Origin: a virus
Taxonomy: Duplodnaviria > Caudoviricetes
Virus record (IMG/VR): IMGVR_UViG_3300013414_000053
Coordinates: 1 to 64,000 of that record
DNA: 64,000 bases
Reading direction: 5' to 3' (one strand)
Part shown: positions 8,153 through 18,120 of the stretch, piece by piece
Position numbering within the stretch: position 1 is the stretch's first letter
How the letters are laid out: every line of letters starts with the position of its first letter
Position numbers and translations under genes: made by a program
Notes under the pieces: generated by a model
Told to the model about the DNA's origin: nothing
What the model saw: only the letters and a program-made list of their open reading frames with translations
Database searches by the model: none

Positions 8153-8676
8153 TTTTGAAAATCTTTAACTGTAAATCGTTTGAATTTTGTATCGGCCGGC
8201 ACGATATGCCAGTGAAGTCTGTTCTGACTATATCCACAGTACACGAAAAGAAAATGCTCAATCAGTTCATCTTCCTCATCAGGGATTTCATAGAAGTAGT
8301 CGTATTCTTCGTTGTCAATCAACCATTGAGGCAACTGACAGTGAAGCCACTCTCTCTTCACTTTGATGATTGCGACAACCGGAGTATCAGTATCACAATC
8401 AATGATTGCAATGTGGATTTCTTCGTTCATTCGTTTTTGGAAGGCTTCTCCCCATTCTCCCAGCACCCTTTGATTGACTGGGAGCTGAACCGGGAAGTCT
8501 GGATGATATTCAAGGTCAACGGTTTCTTGGAAAGCCTGACCAATTACTTCAGCAGTAGGATTGCCTGTCTTTCTTTCACGCTCATAACACTCTTTGAAGT
8601 ATTTGTCAAAAGTGCGGCGCCAGGCTATATCAGATTGAGAGGGTATTGCCATATCACCAACAATTATTTGAAACAA
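8149..8676 (-). CDS. hypothetical protein
   Basis: 175-aa ORF overlapping its neighbours. Confidence 0.7.
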   Translation of the reverse strand: MFQIIVGDMAIPSQSDIAWRRTFDKYFKECYERERKTGNPTAEVIGQAFQETVDLEYHPDFPVQLPVNQRVLGEWGEAFQKRMNEEIHIAIIDCDTDTPVVAIIKVKREWLHCQLPQWLIDNEEYDYFYEIPDEEDELIEHFLFVYCGYSQNRLHWHIVPADTKFKRFTVKDFQK

Positions 8677-8935
8677 AATCAGCTATTTCATTCGCTTCTC
8701 CACATTCCAGCTCATCAGGAATGTAGAAGAAAATCTCTTCATCAACGGCGGCTGCTTCAGCATTTACTGGATTGCCTGAAGAGTCTATCAACAATCCTTC
8801 AAGGGACTCAACCGATACAGAAACCTCAATGGTTTTCATATTTTGTGCCGAATCCTCATCGCTTTGGTCAACGATATAGATGTCAAACACTGGATAGTGT
8901 TCGCCATTATATTCTATGTATCTATCGGGTATCAT
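8654..8935 (-). CDS. acidic hypothetical protein
   Basis: 93-aa ORF. Confidence 0.7.
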   Translation of the reverse strand: MIPDRYIEYNGEHYPVFDIYIVDQSDEDSAQNMKTIEVSVSVESLEGLLIDSSGNPVNAEAAAVDEEIFFYIPDELECGEANEIADFVSNNCW

Positions 8936-8937
8936 AA

Positions 8938-9531
8938 TTAAAAGGGTAAAGACTTAGAAGTTTCGCCCATCAGGTCAACTGCAAGACCATTTGGGCAGAG
9001 TTTATCAAACCAGTGCCAGATGTCAAAGCGGGATGTTCCAGCTTCCCAGAAATAGAAAGGGGTTTCAATCTCATCTTCATCATTGATTGGAGTATTAGCG
9101 AATTTGCTCCACATCTCCTGAAGTTCCCATAAGTAAGCGTCCTTTTCAATGCGAGCTTTTATTCTTGCTAATATGTAAGGACTTCTTGGGGCATCTGGAT
9201 CGAAGAAGCAACCCTCTTCAGAAAAAGTGGGAAGGCGTTGATTGTCTTTTGCCTCATAATATCTCGTCAACCACCAAGGCTCCATACCAAAAAGGGATTC
9301 TTGATATTCTAAGACCACCATAAACTGACGGATTGGGCAATCGTCATCTTCCATTCGGTAGTAATGCCCATTTGGTCCATCACAATCTCTGCTATAATGA
9401 CCAGGAACTTTGCAATCAGCAATCCATTCTCCCCAATCATTTTGGCGAACCGCAATCACCTTGCCACCCCAAGGAAAGTAACTCAGGGTGTTATTAAACT
9501 GCTGTTCCACCAGTTCTTTCGTTATTATCAT
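8938..9531 (-). CDS. hypothetical protein
   Basis: 197-aa ORF with a 4-nt overlap with the upstream gene. Confidence 0.75.
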   Translation of the reverse strand: MIITKELVEQQFNNTLSYFPWGGKVIAVRQNDWGEWIADCKVPGHYSRDCDGPNGHYYRMEDDDCPIRQFMVVLEYQESLFGMEPWWLTRYYEAKDNQRLPTFSEEGCFFDPDAPRSPYILARIKARIEKDAYLWELQEMWSKFANTPINDEDEIETPFYFWEAGTSRFDIWHWFDKLCPNGLAVDLMGETSKSLPF

Positions 9532-10235
9532 AATCCAGGAATTGTTGGCTGGTTGCGCAAAGCCTCCAGACGTTCTTGTTCTTTGAAATAAGCATCAAGC
9601 TCTTCTTTAGCCTCATCTGTGGTGGGAACAAGTGTCATTGTATCTCTGCCGCAACTCAGTTCTTCATAAATTTGGTCAGCCATACCCCAATCACCATCGC
9701 CGGAGATTGACTCCTGAGTTTTGAGGCAATAGAGATACCAAAGAACACACTCCAGATAATTGGTGTTATCTGGGTCGATAATGGCACCGAACCAATCTTC
9801 TATATCGTTGCTCATCCAGCTCCAGAAACCGGAGCGATCAGAATGATTTTCTTTGATGATTTTTGCAAGTTCAACACGAATGTCAAGCTCGCTCATCAGA
9901 GAGATAATCTTTCGAGTGTACTCATCCCAGTCACCAACCTCTACATAGCAGATTACTTGGTCGTTTGTGAAATTATATTCTCTGGGAGATTCTACGGACT
10001 CTTTGGTAAGCTCCATTTTGAGTCCGAGCTTGTCATTCAGTTCACTTACATACATTTCAGCGAACTCTTTTGCAACCTCAGAACGATAATCTTCAGGCAA
10101 CTCCCAATCTGAGAGATGCTTGAAGTCGGGATATTGCTCTTCCAGTCTTTCCCGACCGTCATACTCGACATATTCTTCCCCGAACATACTGCCGTAAAAT
10201 CCGGGAAAGCTCTTAACAGCTATTGAAGTTTGCAT
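9528..10235 (-). CDS. acidic hypothetical protein
   Basis: 235-aa ORF. Confidence 0.8.
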   Translation of the reverse strand: MQTSIAVKSFPGFYGSMFGEEYVEYDGRERLEEQYPDFKHLSDWELPEDYRSEVAKEFAEMYVSELNDKLGLKMELTKESVESPREYNFTNDQVICYVEVGDWDEYTRKIISLMSELDIRVELAKIIKENHSDRSGFWSWMSNDIEDWFGAIIDPDNTNYLECVLWYLYCLKTQESISGDGDWGMADQIYEELSCGRDTMTLVPTTDEAKEELDAYFKEQERLEALRNQPTIPGL

Positions 10236-10246
10236 AGTGATATGGA

Positions 10247-10708
10247 TTATTTCTTTTCTCCCAGCTCACGCTTTGCGATTTCATTGGTGGTGTACCAATC
10301 CACGTAGCTCCAGCCGGTTCCGAAATGTGTGACACAGAGGATATAGCAATCAAGGAGGTCACTGTAAGTAAAAATCAGACCAAAAGCATTGGTGAGATAT
10401 TCCACATCAAATTTGGAGCAATCAGTTATGTACCACTGATAGATTTCCACCGGCTCATCGCAATATCCACATTCAGGACATTCCATATTGGGACCATACT
10501 GCGATAGCTCTGCACCACATTCAGGACACTTGGGTTTTATTTCCTCGCCCTCTTCATCATATTCTGGCTCATACTCCAGATTTACAATAGGTTCAAAGTT
10601 ATCCCATATTGAATCATCAATGTTAGGGATATTGTTGCAGAGAACCAGTGCATTGTTGCACCAGCTCACCGCAACCGCGAAGTTGGTATGATATAATTCC
10701 TTTTTCAT
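10247..10708 (-). CDS. hypothetical protein with zinc ribbon (CPEC...CPEC)
   Basis: 153-aa ORF with paired CxxC motifs. Confidence 0.8.
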   Translation of the reverse strand: MKKELYHTNFAVAVSWCNNALVLCNNIPNIDDSIWDNFEPIVNLEYEPEYDEEGEEIKPKCPECGAELSQYGPNMECPECGYCDEPVEIYQWYITDCSKFDVEYLTNAFGLIFTYSDLLDCYILCVTHFGTGWSYVDWYTTNEIAKRELGEKK

Positions 10709-11310
10709 TGTTCTTCAGATTTTTTGTGAACTCTCATCATTTCATCACGGAACTGTTCTTTGGTCGGGAAATCTGTGAGATTTTCGTGACCGTTATCATC
10801 TTCAAAAAGAGCTTCCATAAGGTCGGATGCACCATACTCTTTCAGAAGATGATCGTATATTCGCTCACCTATCCAGTCAGGATAATCAGGAGCGTTTTGA
10901 GCTTCTTCCTCTTCCGCTTCAGTTGAGGCGAAATCAAGATAATCGCCACCAAAGCAATTCTCATAGAGATAGACGATAGCATCAGTGCCTTCTCGTTCTT
11001 TGACAGTCTGGAGGAATGAGGCAAACCACTCTTCAACATATTCTTCCAAATCATCATCATCGAGATAATTGGGGTCGTGCTGGCGGTCAAAATCCTCTTC
11101 ATCTTCGTAGCCGAGATGTTGGGCGATTGTATCGAAATCGAACCAGAACATATCGTTGATAGCGGTGTCAGTCCACCCGTCAGCCGGCTCAATTTCTTCG
11201 AGAAATTCCTCTATGCGGTCAAGTTCATCAGCAGTGCAATTATCAGCTCTGTCCTTGCTTCCGCTCCAAAATTTGAAGTTCCGGAGGCTTTCTTCAACTG
11301 TATATTTCAT
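10705..11310 (-). CDS. highly acidic protein, possible DNA mimic
   Basis: Hand count about 60 D/E versus 16 K/R in 201 aa. Confidence 0.8.
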   Translation of the reverse strand: MKYTVEESLRNFKFWSGSKDRADNCTADELDRIEEFLEEIEPADGWTDTAINDMFWFDFDTIAQHLGYEDEEDFDRQHDPNYLDDDDLEEYVEEWFASFLQTVKEREGTDAIVYLYENCFGGDYLDFASTEAEEEEAQNAPDYPDWIGERIYDHLLKEYGASDLMEALFEDDNGHENLTDFPTKEQFRDEMMRVHKKSEEQ

Positions 11311-11315
11311 TATAT

Positions 11316-11597
11316 TTAGGGGATATTTGATAAATTATCTCTTTCATAATCCTCTGGCTCACCGTCATTAATGGACCGATAAAAATGATCTCCCTCGATA
11401 TAACTCATCAATGTCATATAGACATAAAACCAATCCTCTACGGTCAGAGAATCAATATTTGGAATATCTTTGGCAATCAGTGCCCCCAAAAGATCCCCAA
11501 TACAAACATCATCGTTATGATAGATATGATAAATATATTCTACCACTTTCTGAGCTTCTTTAGAAAGCGTTTGATATAATTTATTATTACTAATCAT
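11316..11597 (-). CDS. hypothetical protein
   Basis: 93-aa ORF. Confidence 0.65.
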   Translation of the reverse strand: MISNNKLYQTLSKEAQKVVEYIYHIYHNDDVCIGDLLGALIAKDIPNIDSLTVEDWFYVYMTLMSYIEGDHFYRSINDGEPEDYERDNLSNIP

Positions 11598-11602
11598 AGA
11601 TT

Positions 11603-11932
11603 TTATTTTAATTGGTGGTCATTATGCCAATCTATTTCAGTTTCAGTAGCTTCTCGATAAAGCATAAAACACCCGCCCAAATTTGAATTATATAAGAGAG
11701 TGTAAATGCCATTCTTATCAGCATAAGACGTGTCGCCTATCTTGCCAATCATCGGCTCTTCTTCAGAAAGCTCATTTTCTTCATCATCCCAATCACTGAG
11801 ATAGTCAATGACTGGTTGAGAATTACCTTCGCAATAGTATAGGCTAATACCTGAGAACACAGCCTCAATGCGATTATAGTCATCATCTGCGCTTTGCACA
11901 AATCTGACAATGGAATATATTTTGTTTTTCAT
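11603..11932 (-). CDS. acidic hypothetical protein
   Basis: 109-aa ORF. Confidence 0.7.
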   Translation of the reverse strand: MKNKIYSIVRFVQSADDDYNRIEAVFSGISLYYCEGNSQPVIDYLSDWDDEENELSEEEPMIGKIGDTSYADKNGIYTLLYNSNLGGCFMLYREATETEIDWHNDHQLK

Positions 11933-12501
11933 TTTGTGGCGAAATAATAATTTCCATCAATTTTGAATATCCACCAGAAACCCTCGTGATACCGATATGC
12001 TTTCTTTCCATTGATGCTGAGTTCAATCCAATCTACTTTGCCCATATTATCAAGTTCGATAAACAGGTCATTTGAATGACTTGATACCATCAGCACATCA
12101 ATATTCCCTTCCATAAAGTTGGTATGATTAAGAAGTGGACATCCATGAGCCTCAATCCATTCCATTACGGCGATTGTACCACATCCAGTTCCGGACAGTT
12201 TGATATTCTTGCCAGCATAATCAGGATTAGATTGCTTCTTAACCCCAATCATTATCTCGCCAGTAAATTCACACGAAAGACCGGCTATAAATCCACGAGC
12301 ATTTACGATGTATTTATCCGTTTCCACCGACTTTTTCATTAGGTCAAGAACCTTAGTCAAGTCTTGCTCACCATATTTGAATGAGCCTTTGAAACCATAT
12401 ATGGTATCAAATTTTTCACGTCCTAAGTCAGTCATTACTAACTCATTGAGCTCACTGCCCTCCAACATTATAGCGGAGGGAATAATGTCTTTTAATTTCA
12501 T
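11929..12501 (-). CDS. hypothetical protein
   Basis: 190-aa ORF. Confidence 0.7.
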   Translation of the reverse strand: MKLKDIIPSAIMLEGSELNELVMTDLGREKFDTIYGFKGSFKYGEQDLTKVLDLMKKSVETDKYIVNARGFIAGLSCEFTGEIMIGVKKQSNPDYAGKNIKLSGTGCGTIAVMEWIEAHGCPLLNHTNFMEGNIDVLMVSSHSNDLFIELDNMGKVDWIELSINGKKAYRYHEGFWWIFKIDGNYYFATK

Positions 12502-12671
12502 AGCGTTATTGTTTATTGATTATGGAGAAGGCGGTCACGACAACCGCAACTGTTTGTTTTATGGTTCCCAGATGCTTCTTTACCCTCCAGACCTTGTGGC
12601 TTTCCCGGTACAATCTCGAAAGAATCCATATTGTTAGCAGCATTTCCCAACAAGTATCATCTCCTGTGTAA

Positions 12672-12950
12672 TTATGCAATTTCCTTAAAGAATATTGGGT
12701 ATTTACCCAGTTCGGCACAGCAGTTGTAATTTGTGAAGCTGAGGACATCGCTATCAAACGAATCGCCCCACCAAACTGCGTGTTCTTTATCAATCGGATA
12801 TGGAGTGACCCACACCCCATCCACACTGCAAAGACAAGAGAGCAGATAAACTGTCTCCCCAGCCTCATATAGCTTGCGAGCCTGAGTTTTGTTGATTTGC
12901 TTAATTCTCTTCTTCAGGCTGTTAGAGAATATCGGTTCCGGATAACGCAT
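12672..12950 (-). CDS. hypothetical protein
   Basis: 92-aa ORF. Confidence 0.7.
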   Translation of the reverse strand: MRYPEPIFSNSLKKRIKQINKTQARKLYEAGETVYLLSCLCSVDGVWVTPYPIDKEHAVWWGDSFDSDVLSFTNYNCCAELGKYPIFFKEIA

Positions 12951-12961
12951 TTTGTGAATTT

Positions 12962-13900
12962 TTAAGCAGCCTCTTTCAAATCGTATTCTGCGATAACTTC
13001 GGAGATAAGTTCCTCCGTTTCCATATAAAAGCCCCAGCAGGAACCAATCTCTTCCCAGTCAAATGACTCAACCTTACGACCATCTGAATAAGTCTTAGTG
13101 TATGGTTCCTTCTTTTTCAGAACATAACCTTTGACATCCCCCCAAGCCCACATTCCGATACATTTGACTTCTCCGTCAATCACTTTCATAGCTTGTTCTT
13201 GCCAAGTTTTGTAGTGGTTGGGAGAAAAAACACAACGCTCATCGAACATCTTTTTGGTAATATAGGAGAACCCTCTCATGTGATCGCCCTGGGAATATCC
13301 ACTGGAATTCCATTCTTTTATCACGAAGTCCTTGGCACATTCTTGGATGAGGGCCATTAGGTCATCCTCATCCAGTGGCTCCAACAACTCCATTCGGTAG
13401 TCATGTTTTTTGAGGTCGGAAGGGTCAATTTCCAAGTCATTTAGCCATTGCCCCTCATATAGACCATATCCTCGTTTGCCTTGGAGAACCCATTGACGCT
13501 GTGAACGGTCGTAGAAGAACCGCAAACCATCCACCTTGCCAGCTTTGAAATACTTGATGATGTCTTTCTGTTCCACCACTTCAGCAGCTATACGCTGGAG
13601 AATATCAGCTACTGAATATTCACGACAGTTGGAAACGTGTTCTTTCCAGTCGCAGCTCTGACTCAACCAATAGCGTCCGTGTTCCAGATGCTCAAAAATG
13701 TGAATTGCACCCATATCCCAATCTTGGACCGGGCAACTTGGGTAATCATCGTGGTATATCTTGATGCGATAGTCACCAATCTCTTTGGTTTCTATCAATA
13801 AATTATCATTCATAGTTTCAGGAATAAGCGAATAAAACAAATCTCTTGACATCTTTGAGGTCAAGTGAAAAATCATCCCACTTGAAATCAAGCTCTTCAT
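12962..13900 (-). CDS. hypothetical protein (true start may be internal, MNDNLL)
   Basis: 312-aa ORF. Confidence 0.75.
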   Translation of the reverse strand: MKSLISSGMIFHLTSKMSRDLFYSLIPETMNDNLLIETKEIGDYRIKIYHDDYPSCPVQDWDMGAIHIFEHLEHGRYWLSQSCDWKEHVSNCREYSVADILQRIAAEVVEQKDIIKYFKAGKVDGLRFFYDRSQRQWVLQGKRGYGLYEGQWLNDLEIDPSDLKKHDYRMELLEPLDEDDLMALIQECAKDFVIKEWNSSGYSQGDHMRGFSYITKKMFDERCVFSPNHYKTWQEQAMKVIDGEVKCIGMWAWGDVKGYVLKKKEPYTKTYSDGRKVESFDWEEIGSCWGFYMETEELISEVIAEYDLKEAA

Positions 13901-14150
13901 CAGTGTTCCAATCTCCGTTAATTATTTCAGTCATCAATACCGAGGTATCTCCGATAATTCTGAAGAGTGGGACAAACTGATAGTAGGTTGTGCGGTCAGT
14001 CTTGTCAAGATAGACTCTGATGCAAGGCTGTTTCTCTCCTTTGGTGGGAGAATAAGTGCCTTTTCTTGCAGACACATCAGAGATATGAATCCCGTTCTTA
14101 TATTTGATGTTGTCTGCATTGTTGAGGAGTAGAAAATCGTAGAAGTTCAT
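13818..14150 (-). CDS. hypothetical protein
   Basis: 110-aa ORF. Confidence 0.65.
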   Translation of the reverse strand: MNFYDFLLLNNADNIKYKNGIHISDVSARKGTYSPTKGEKQPCIRVYLDKTDRTTYYQFVPLFRIIGDTSVLMTEIINGDWNTDEELDFKWDDFSLDLKDVKRFVLFAYS

Positions 14151-14162
14151 AAGACTCAGTAT

Positions 14163-15071
14163 TTAAGTGTGTCTTGACCAGCCGTAAGACGGGTCAATTT
14201 GGTAGGCAAAATTCTGTTGATAGCCTGTTTCGGGCCAGCCGTGAAATACTATTCCACCGGTAAGACCTTCTTGACGATTTCGGTATTCGCAGAAAGTGAA
14301 CTCATTACGTGTCGGATAGTATGTGACTTCATAGAAATGATCATCAGCCGTCTTACGATAGTTGCGAAACTCACGCAAAATCTGAATTAAGGTTCTTCCG
14401 TCACGGCTCTCTTCGGAACGGAACATTTCTTTCAGTTTGCCGAGAGTGATATTCTTGAAGCGAACAGGCATCTTGAAATTTTTGGGAAGCGGACCATTCT
14501 TCGCTTTCCAATTCTCGACAACGGGTGTGATCACATCGCGGATAATCTCACGAGCTGCCTTTTCAGTGGTTTCCTTTACCTCATCTTTGGTGATTAAGAA
14601 AATTTTGTCACCACCCAGCCAATCGAGAAATGCGATGAAAGGGTCGGAGCCTTGGGCGTAAACATATCTGGCAGCCTCATCAGTGTTGAAATGCTCATCG
14701 TACTCCCCAAGTTTGAGCAAGTGGGTATGGCTATCACCAACAATCCACAGCATCGGGAATTTTGACTCATCGGCAGCCTCGATGTAAGGCTTATCGTATT
14801 TGGTGAAGTCGCTTTGAAAGCTCTTCATTAAGTCCGCAACGATATTGGTCATGCGGTTGATTATTTTCTCATTCATAGGAAGTTGATTGTTGGGTGTTGA
14901 TAACTTGGTGTTCTGCATTGAGAGCGAGCTGCATCTTTTTTGCACGACGGTCATGCCACTGATGATACACCGAGGTACGAATGTGAAATTTCTTCCACAG
15001 CACTTTGATACAGAAGCGGCGATAGTGGCGACGTGAGAATTTATAGATGGTTGCGATAAACATAATCGCAA
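14163..15071 (-). CDS. hypothetical protein (likely start internal, near MNEKIINRM)
   Basis: 302-aa ORF whose N-terminal ~65 aa look non-coding. Confidence 0.7.
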   Translation of the reverse strand: MRLCLSQPSINSHVATIAASVSKCCGRNFTFVPRCIISGMTVVQKRCSSLSMQNTKLSTPNNQLPMNEKIINRMTNIVADLMKSFQSDFTKYDKPYIEAADESKFPMLWIVGDSHTHLLKLGEYDEHFNTDEAARYVYAQGSDPFIAFLDWLGGDKIFLITKDEVKETTEKAAREIIRDVITPVVENWKAKNGPLPKNFKMPVRFKNITLGKLKEMFRSEESRDGRTLIQILREFRNYRKTADDHFYEVTYYPTRNEFTFCEYRNRQEGLTGGIVFHGWPETGYQQNFAYQIDPSYGWSRHT

Positions 15072-15226
15072 ATATCAAAAGTGCTTTGATGAGATTGAAA
15101 AGAGGGGTTTTCATATTGATAAGCGTTTTATTCGTATTAGTTGAAGTCGCTCTCAGAATTTTCTTAACGGATGTTAATAATTGAAGTCGGGCGATGTTTT
15201 TGGGCACACCGCCCTAATCAATTCAG

Positions 15227-15790
15227 TCAAGCGACTTTTGCTTTAAGTCCGAGAGCGGTTGCACATTCCTGGGCGTTGGCGGTCTTGATAACCCAGCCTT
15301 CGCCACCAGTCAAATGGCTATTGAATACACCTTTGAACTGCTCTTTGAGGACTTTGCGGAGAGGCTTAGTATTGCCACGAAGCACCCAGCAACGGTCATT
15401 ATACTTCTCGAAAGTTAGACCGAGTTTCTTGATGGCAGCCGTGTCAGTGATGGCGATGAGAGTATCAGTTTCGCCGGCGGTCTTAGTTTCAGCTTTGGGA
15501 GCCTCAACAGGCTTTGCCTTGGGCGTCTTGTCCTTTTTGGACTTGGTTTCGGTCTTAGTGGGTGTCGGAGTTGTAGTTTTGGCTTTCCCAGTAGTGGCAC
15601 TGGCTGCGATTTCTTTATATCGTGCCTCATAAGCGGACTGAACCTGCTTGATAAGACCATTGGCAGCAGATTTTAACTCATCAGTTGACTCGTACTGAGC
15701 AAATACGCTCTCTAATACGCTTGAAAAATTTATTCTCATTGTTTTGGATTTTAGAAGTGAAAGAAAAAGCCGGCACCTCAGATGAAGCAC
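15227..15790 (-). CDS. hypothetical protein with K/T/P/A-rich linker (likely start MRINFSS)
   Basis: 187-aa ORF. Confidence 0.7.
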   Translation of the reverse strand: MLHLRCRLFLSLLKSKTMRINFSSVLESVFAQYESTDELKSAANGLIKQVQSAYEARYKEIAASATTGKAKTTTPTPTKTETKSKKDKTPKAKPVEAPKAETKTAGETDTLIAITDTAAIKKLGLTFEKYNDRCWVLRGNTKPLRKVLKEQFKGVFNSHLTGGEGWVIKTANAQECATALGLKAKVA

Positions 15791-15816
15791 CGGCTATTGA
15801 TTTTGATTTTGGCAGT

Positions 15817-15984
15817 TTAATCCTCTACCAGCGGATCGCGCTCATTGAGAATATCCTCGATACCCTCAATTTCCTGACTGAGCAGTTCGATTTCAGCAGT
15901 GTCGTTTGACTGCATCATTCGTTCCGCAAGATTGTCGCGCTTTTCCTCCAATTCGGAGGTGGTCATTGCATCATAGTTTGCCAT
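15817..15984 (-). CDS. small acidic coiled-coil protein (MANYDAMTT...)
   Basis: C-terminal part of ORF 15817..16053. Confidence 0.55.
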   Translation of the reverse strand: MANYDAMTTSELEEKRDNLAERMMQSNDTAEIELLSQEIEGIEDILNERDPLVED

Positions 15985-15992
15985 AGTTGATA

Positions 15993-16298
15993 TTAGTTTA
16001 GAATGATACGTTTGCGGTTGGTTTTCTTGTTCACCACCACAGCGAGGCGGCATTTTGCATCGTGCTTTTTACAGAGATTATATGACTCCACAACGTGTCG
16101 GGAAGCCTGTATCAACTCACCATTGTACAGGAAATAGAACTTGGTCGTTTTGTTCCCCTTGGAGTTGACACTTTCGTCCTCGACTATCTTCACGATTTGG
16201 GAGTTATTCACGGGGATTGTGTCGTTTTTGACTTCATCGGCAGCATAAGCGGACACAGCAGCCACCGCGAGAATGATTGTGAGAATGAGTTTCTTCAT
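15993..16298 (-). CDS. secreted protein with signal peptide
   Basis: MKKLILTIILAVAAVSAYA-A is a classical signal peptide. Confidence 0.75.
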   Translation of the reverse strand: MKKLILTIILAVAAVSAYAADEVKNDTIPVNNSQIVKIVEDESVNSKGNKTTKFYFLYNGELIQASRHVVESYNLCKKHDAKCRLAVVVNKKTNRKRIILN

Positions 16299-16310
16299 CG
16301 CTTGGAATTT

Positions 16311-16730
16311 TTAGAGATTTGCACTTGCGTCTGCCATCTCAAACTCAGGGTCGGGCATAAAGGTGTACACCTCCAGACCGTCAAAACTGTAATCCTCATT
16401 CAGCACCAGGGCGCCGACGAGTTTCTTGCCCTCTTCGATATAGTTGTGAACCATTTGGAAAGTTTCAAGGTCAACGAGGATTTCACACTCGAAGAGATTT
16501 GCGTCGGCATCGTTATAGAGCAGACAATAGGCATCGTCATACTCATACTCTTCCACCACATATTCAGTGGAAAAGAACATTCCGCTCACTGGGCGGTTTT
16601 CAGACGGATATTCCGCAAGAGATGCAGTGATTTCGTCCTGATACTTCACGAAAGAGGCAGCAACGGCACAGCCGACACCGAGGAAAGCAGCCACACAGCC
16701 GACTGCAAGGGTTTTGAGAAGTGATTTCAT
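16311..16730 (-). CDS. secreted/membrane protein
   Basis: MKSLLKTLAVGCVAAFLGVGC hydrophobic N-terminus followed by an acidic body. Confidence 0.7.
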   Translation of the reverse strand: MKSLLKTLAVGCVAAFLGVGCAVAASFVKYQDEITASLAEYPSENRPVSGMFFSTEYVVEEYEYDDAYCLLYNDADANLFECEILVDLETFQMVHNYIEEGKKLVGALVLNEDYSFDGLEVYTFMPDPEFEMADASANL

Positions 16731-16869
16731 TTTCTGTTGGATTTTGAAGGGTTAGCGTAATTGATGTACTTGCCACCAGAGCAGGAAGCGACTCTCACAG
16801 CCACACGAGGGCGACCGCAGATGTAATAAACTGTTCTAATCATTTTGTTGAATTTTTATTGGGTTGATA

Positions 16870-17358
16870 TTATTTTTCCATACGGACGGAGTTTGCCAAA
16901 CGTGTTGACAGACCCATTTTGGGAGCGTTTTTGCGTGACGGTCTGCGACCTTTGGCAGCATTGAAGATTTCCCTCGCACTCATCTCAGAAAGTGGCTTGG
17001 AAGTATCACGACACTCATACGCACTCATCGCTTTTTCAGCGGTCATATTGACGGAAGTATGCAACACAGTCACTCTTTTCCCCTCAATCACATAGTGGGC
17101 ACGGAACCGCAAGTTTGCTTGGAATTGAGCGGTCACTTTACGGCGTACCTCAGAAGTACGACCGCCGACAGCCCAATTATTCCCGATACGACCCAGCACC
17201 ACCTTGCGCCGGCGGATGCTGCATTTCCCGATATATTCGATTTCTTCACGCTCAAAGTTTTCGGCATTGATATGTGCCTCACTCAAACGCAAAAGCCCAA
17301 CGCCATAGGCATTGAGTTCAGATTTGGGCATAGAAACCCCTTTGAATGATGTTACCAT
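16870..17358 (-). CDS. basic hypothetical protein
   Basis: 162-aa ORF. Confidence 0.6.
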   Translation of the reverse strand: MVTSFKGVSMPKSELNAYGVGLLRLSEAHINAENFEREEIEYIGKCSIRRRKVVLGRIGNNWAVGGRTSEVRRKVTAQFQANLRFRAHYVIEGKRVTVLHTSVNMTAEKAMSAYECRDTSKPLSEMSAREIFNAAKGRRPSRKNAPKMGLSTRLANSVRMEK

Positions 17359-17434
17359 TTTTAAGTGTTTTTGTTTGGTGAGTGTGGGGGACTCGCACCC
17401 CCAATGTCGCTAAAGTTCACCCGATAGTTGAGGC

Positions 17435-18055
17435 TTAGAAATACACCTCAGACTTTTCAATGTTCACGATTTCGCGGACTTCTTTGCCGTCTTTTTCAGC
17501 GATGCGAATGATGCAAAGGTCTTCCATCTCTTCCCACGCGAGGTCGGACTCCACGCTTTTGTCGTTGTACTTTTTGTAATCACGACCTTGCTTCAGACCG
17601 CGCAGAATGATTGCGACAGTCCACTTGTCGTCAGCGATTTCGGACAGCATGAAGCGTGAAACGCACTTGCCGTCAATCTTTGCAGCCTCTTCGGGTGTGA
17701 ACACACGATAGACCGTGCCGTCCTCATCTTTGTACTTTGCAGGGATATTCTTGAACACACACATTTTCCCCTTTTCGCCCTCAGTCTGCATTGCAGTGTT
17801 CCACCCTTTGCGGATAGTGCCGGGGGTGTAGCCCTTTTTCTGCACTTTGCCGTTTTGCTTGGTCACAGTGAAACGCTCCACACCCATTGCGCTCATCCAC
17901 GCCTCCACAGTGAGTCCGTCGCACGAAGCGAGTTTTTTACTGTACAGCGTCTCGAATTGACGCAGTACCTGCGTGAGTTGCGAGGTCTTGCCGAGGATTT
18001 CACGGGTGCCGGCGTTGATTTGCTTTGCGTTAAGAGTAGTTGCAGAAGTTGCCAT
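17435..18055 (-). CDS. hypothetical protein; first gene leftward of the large non-coding region
   Basis: 206-aa ORF. Confidence 0.8.
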   Translation of the reverse strand: MATSATTLNAKQINAGTREILGKTSQLTQVLRQFETLYSKKLASCDGLTVEAWMSAMGVERFTVTKQNGKVQKKGYTPGTIRKGWNTAMQTEGEKGKMCVFKNIPAKYKDEDGTVYRVFTPEEAAKIDGKCVSRFMLSEIADDKWTVAIILRGLKQGRDYKKYNDKSVESDLAWEEMEDLCIIRIAEKDGKEVREIVNIEKSEVYF

Positions 18056-18084
18056 GATGATTTAGTAACCCCACACGAGAGCGG

Positions 18085-18120
18085 TTACAACTGCTTTAAT
18101 TATTACAACTGCTTTAATTA
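18085..18120. repeat. 18-bp tandem duplication (TTACAACTGCTTTAATTA x2) carrying two copies of the AAAGCAGT motif
   Basis: Read directly. Confidence 0.85.

Noticed and set aside
655-8937. Long antisense ORFs (for example 655..1329, 5211..5696, 5892..6398, 8155..8937)
   Set aside because: They are shadows of well-supported minus-strand genes and lack any motif.
17375-17432. tRNA gene call
   Set aside because: No D arm or anticodon arm; kept only as a low-interest tRNA-like hairpin.
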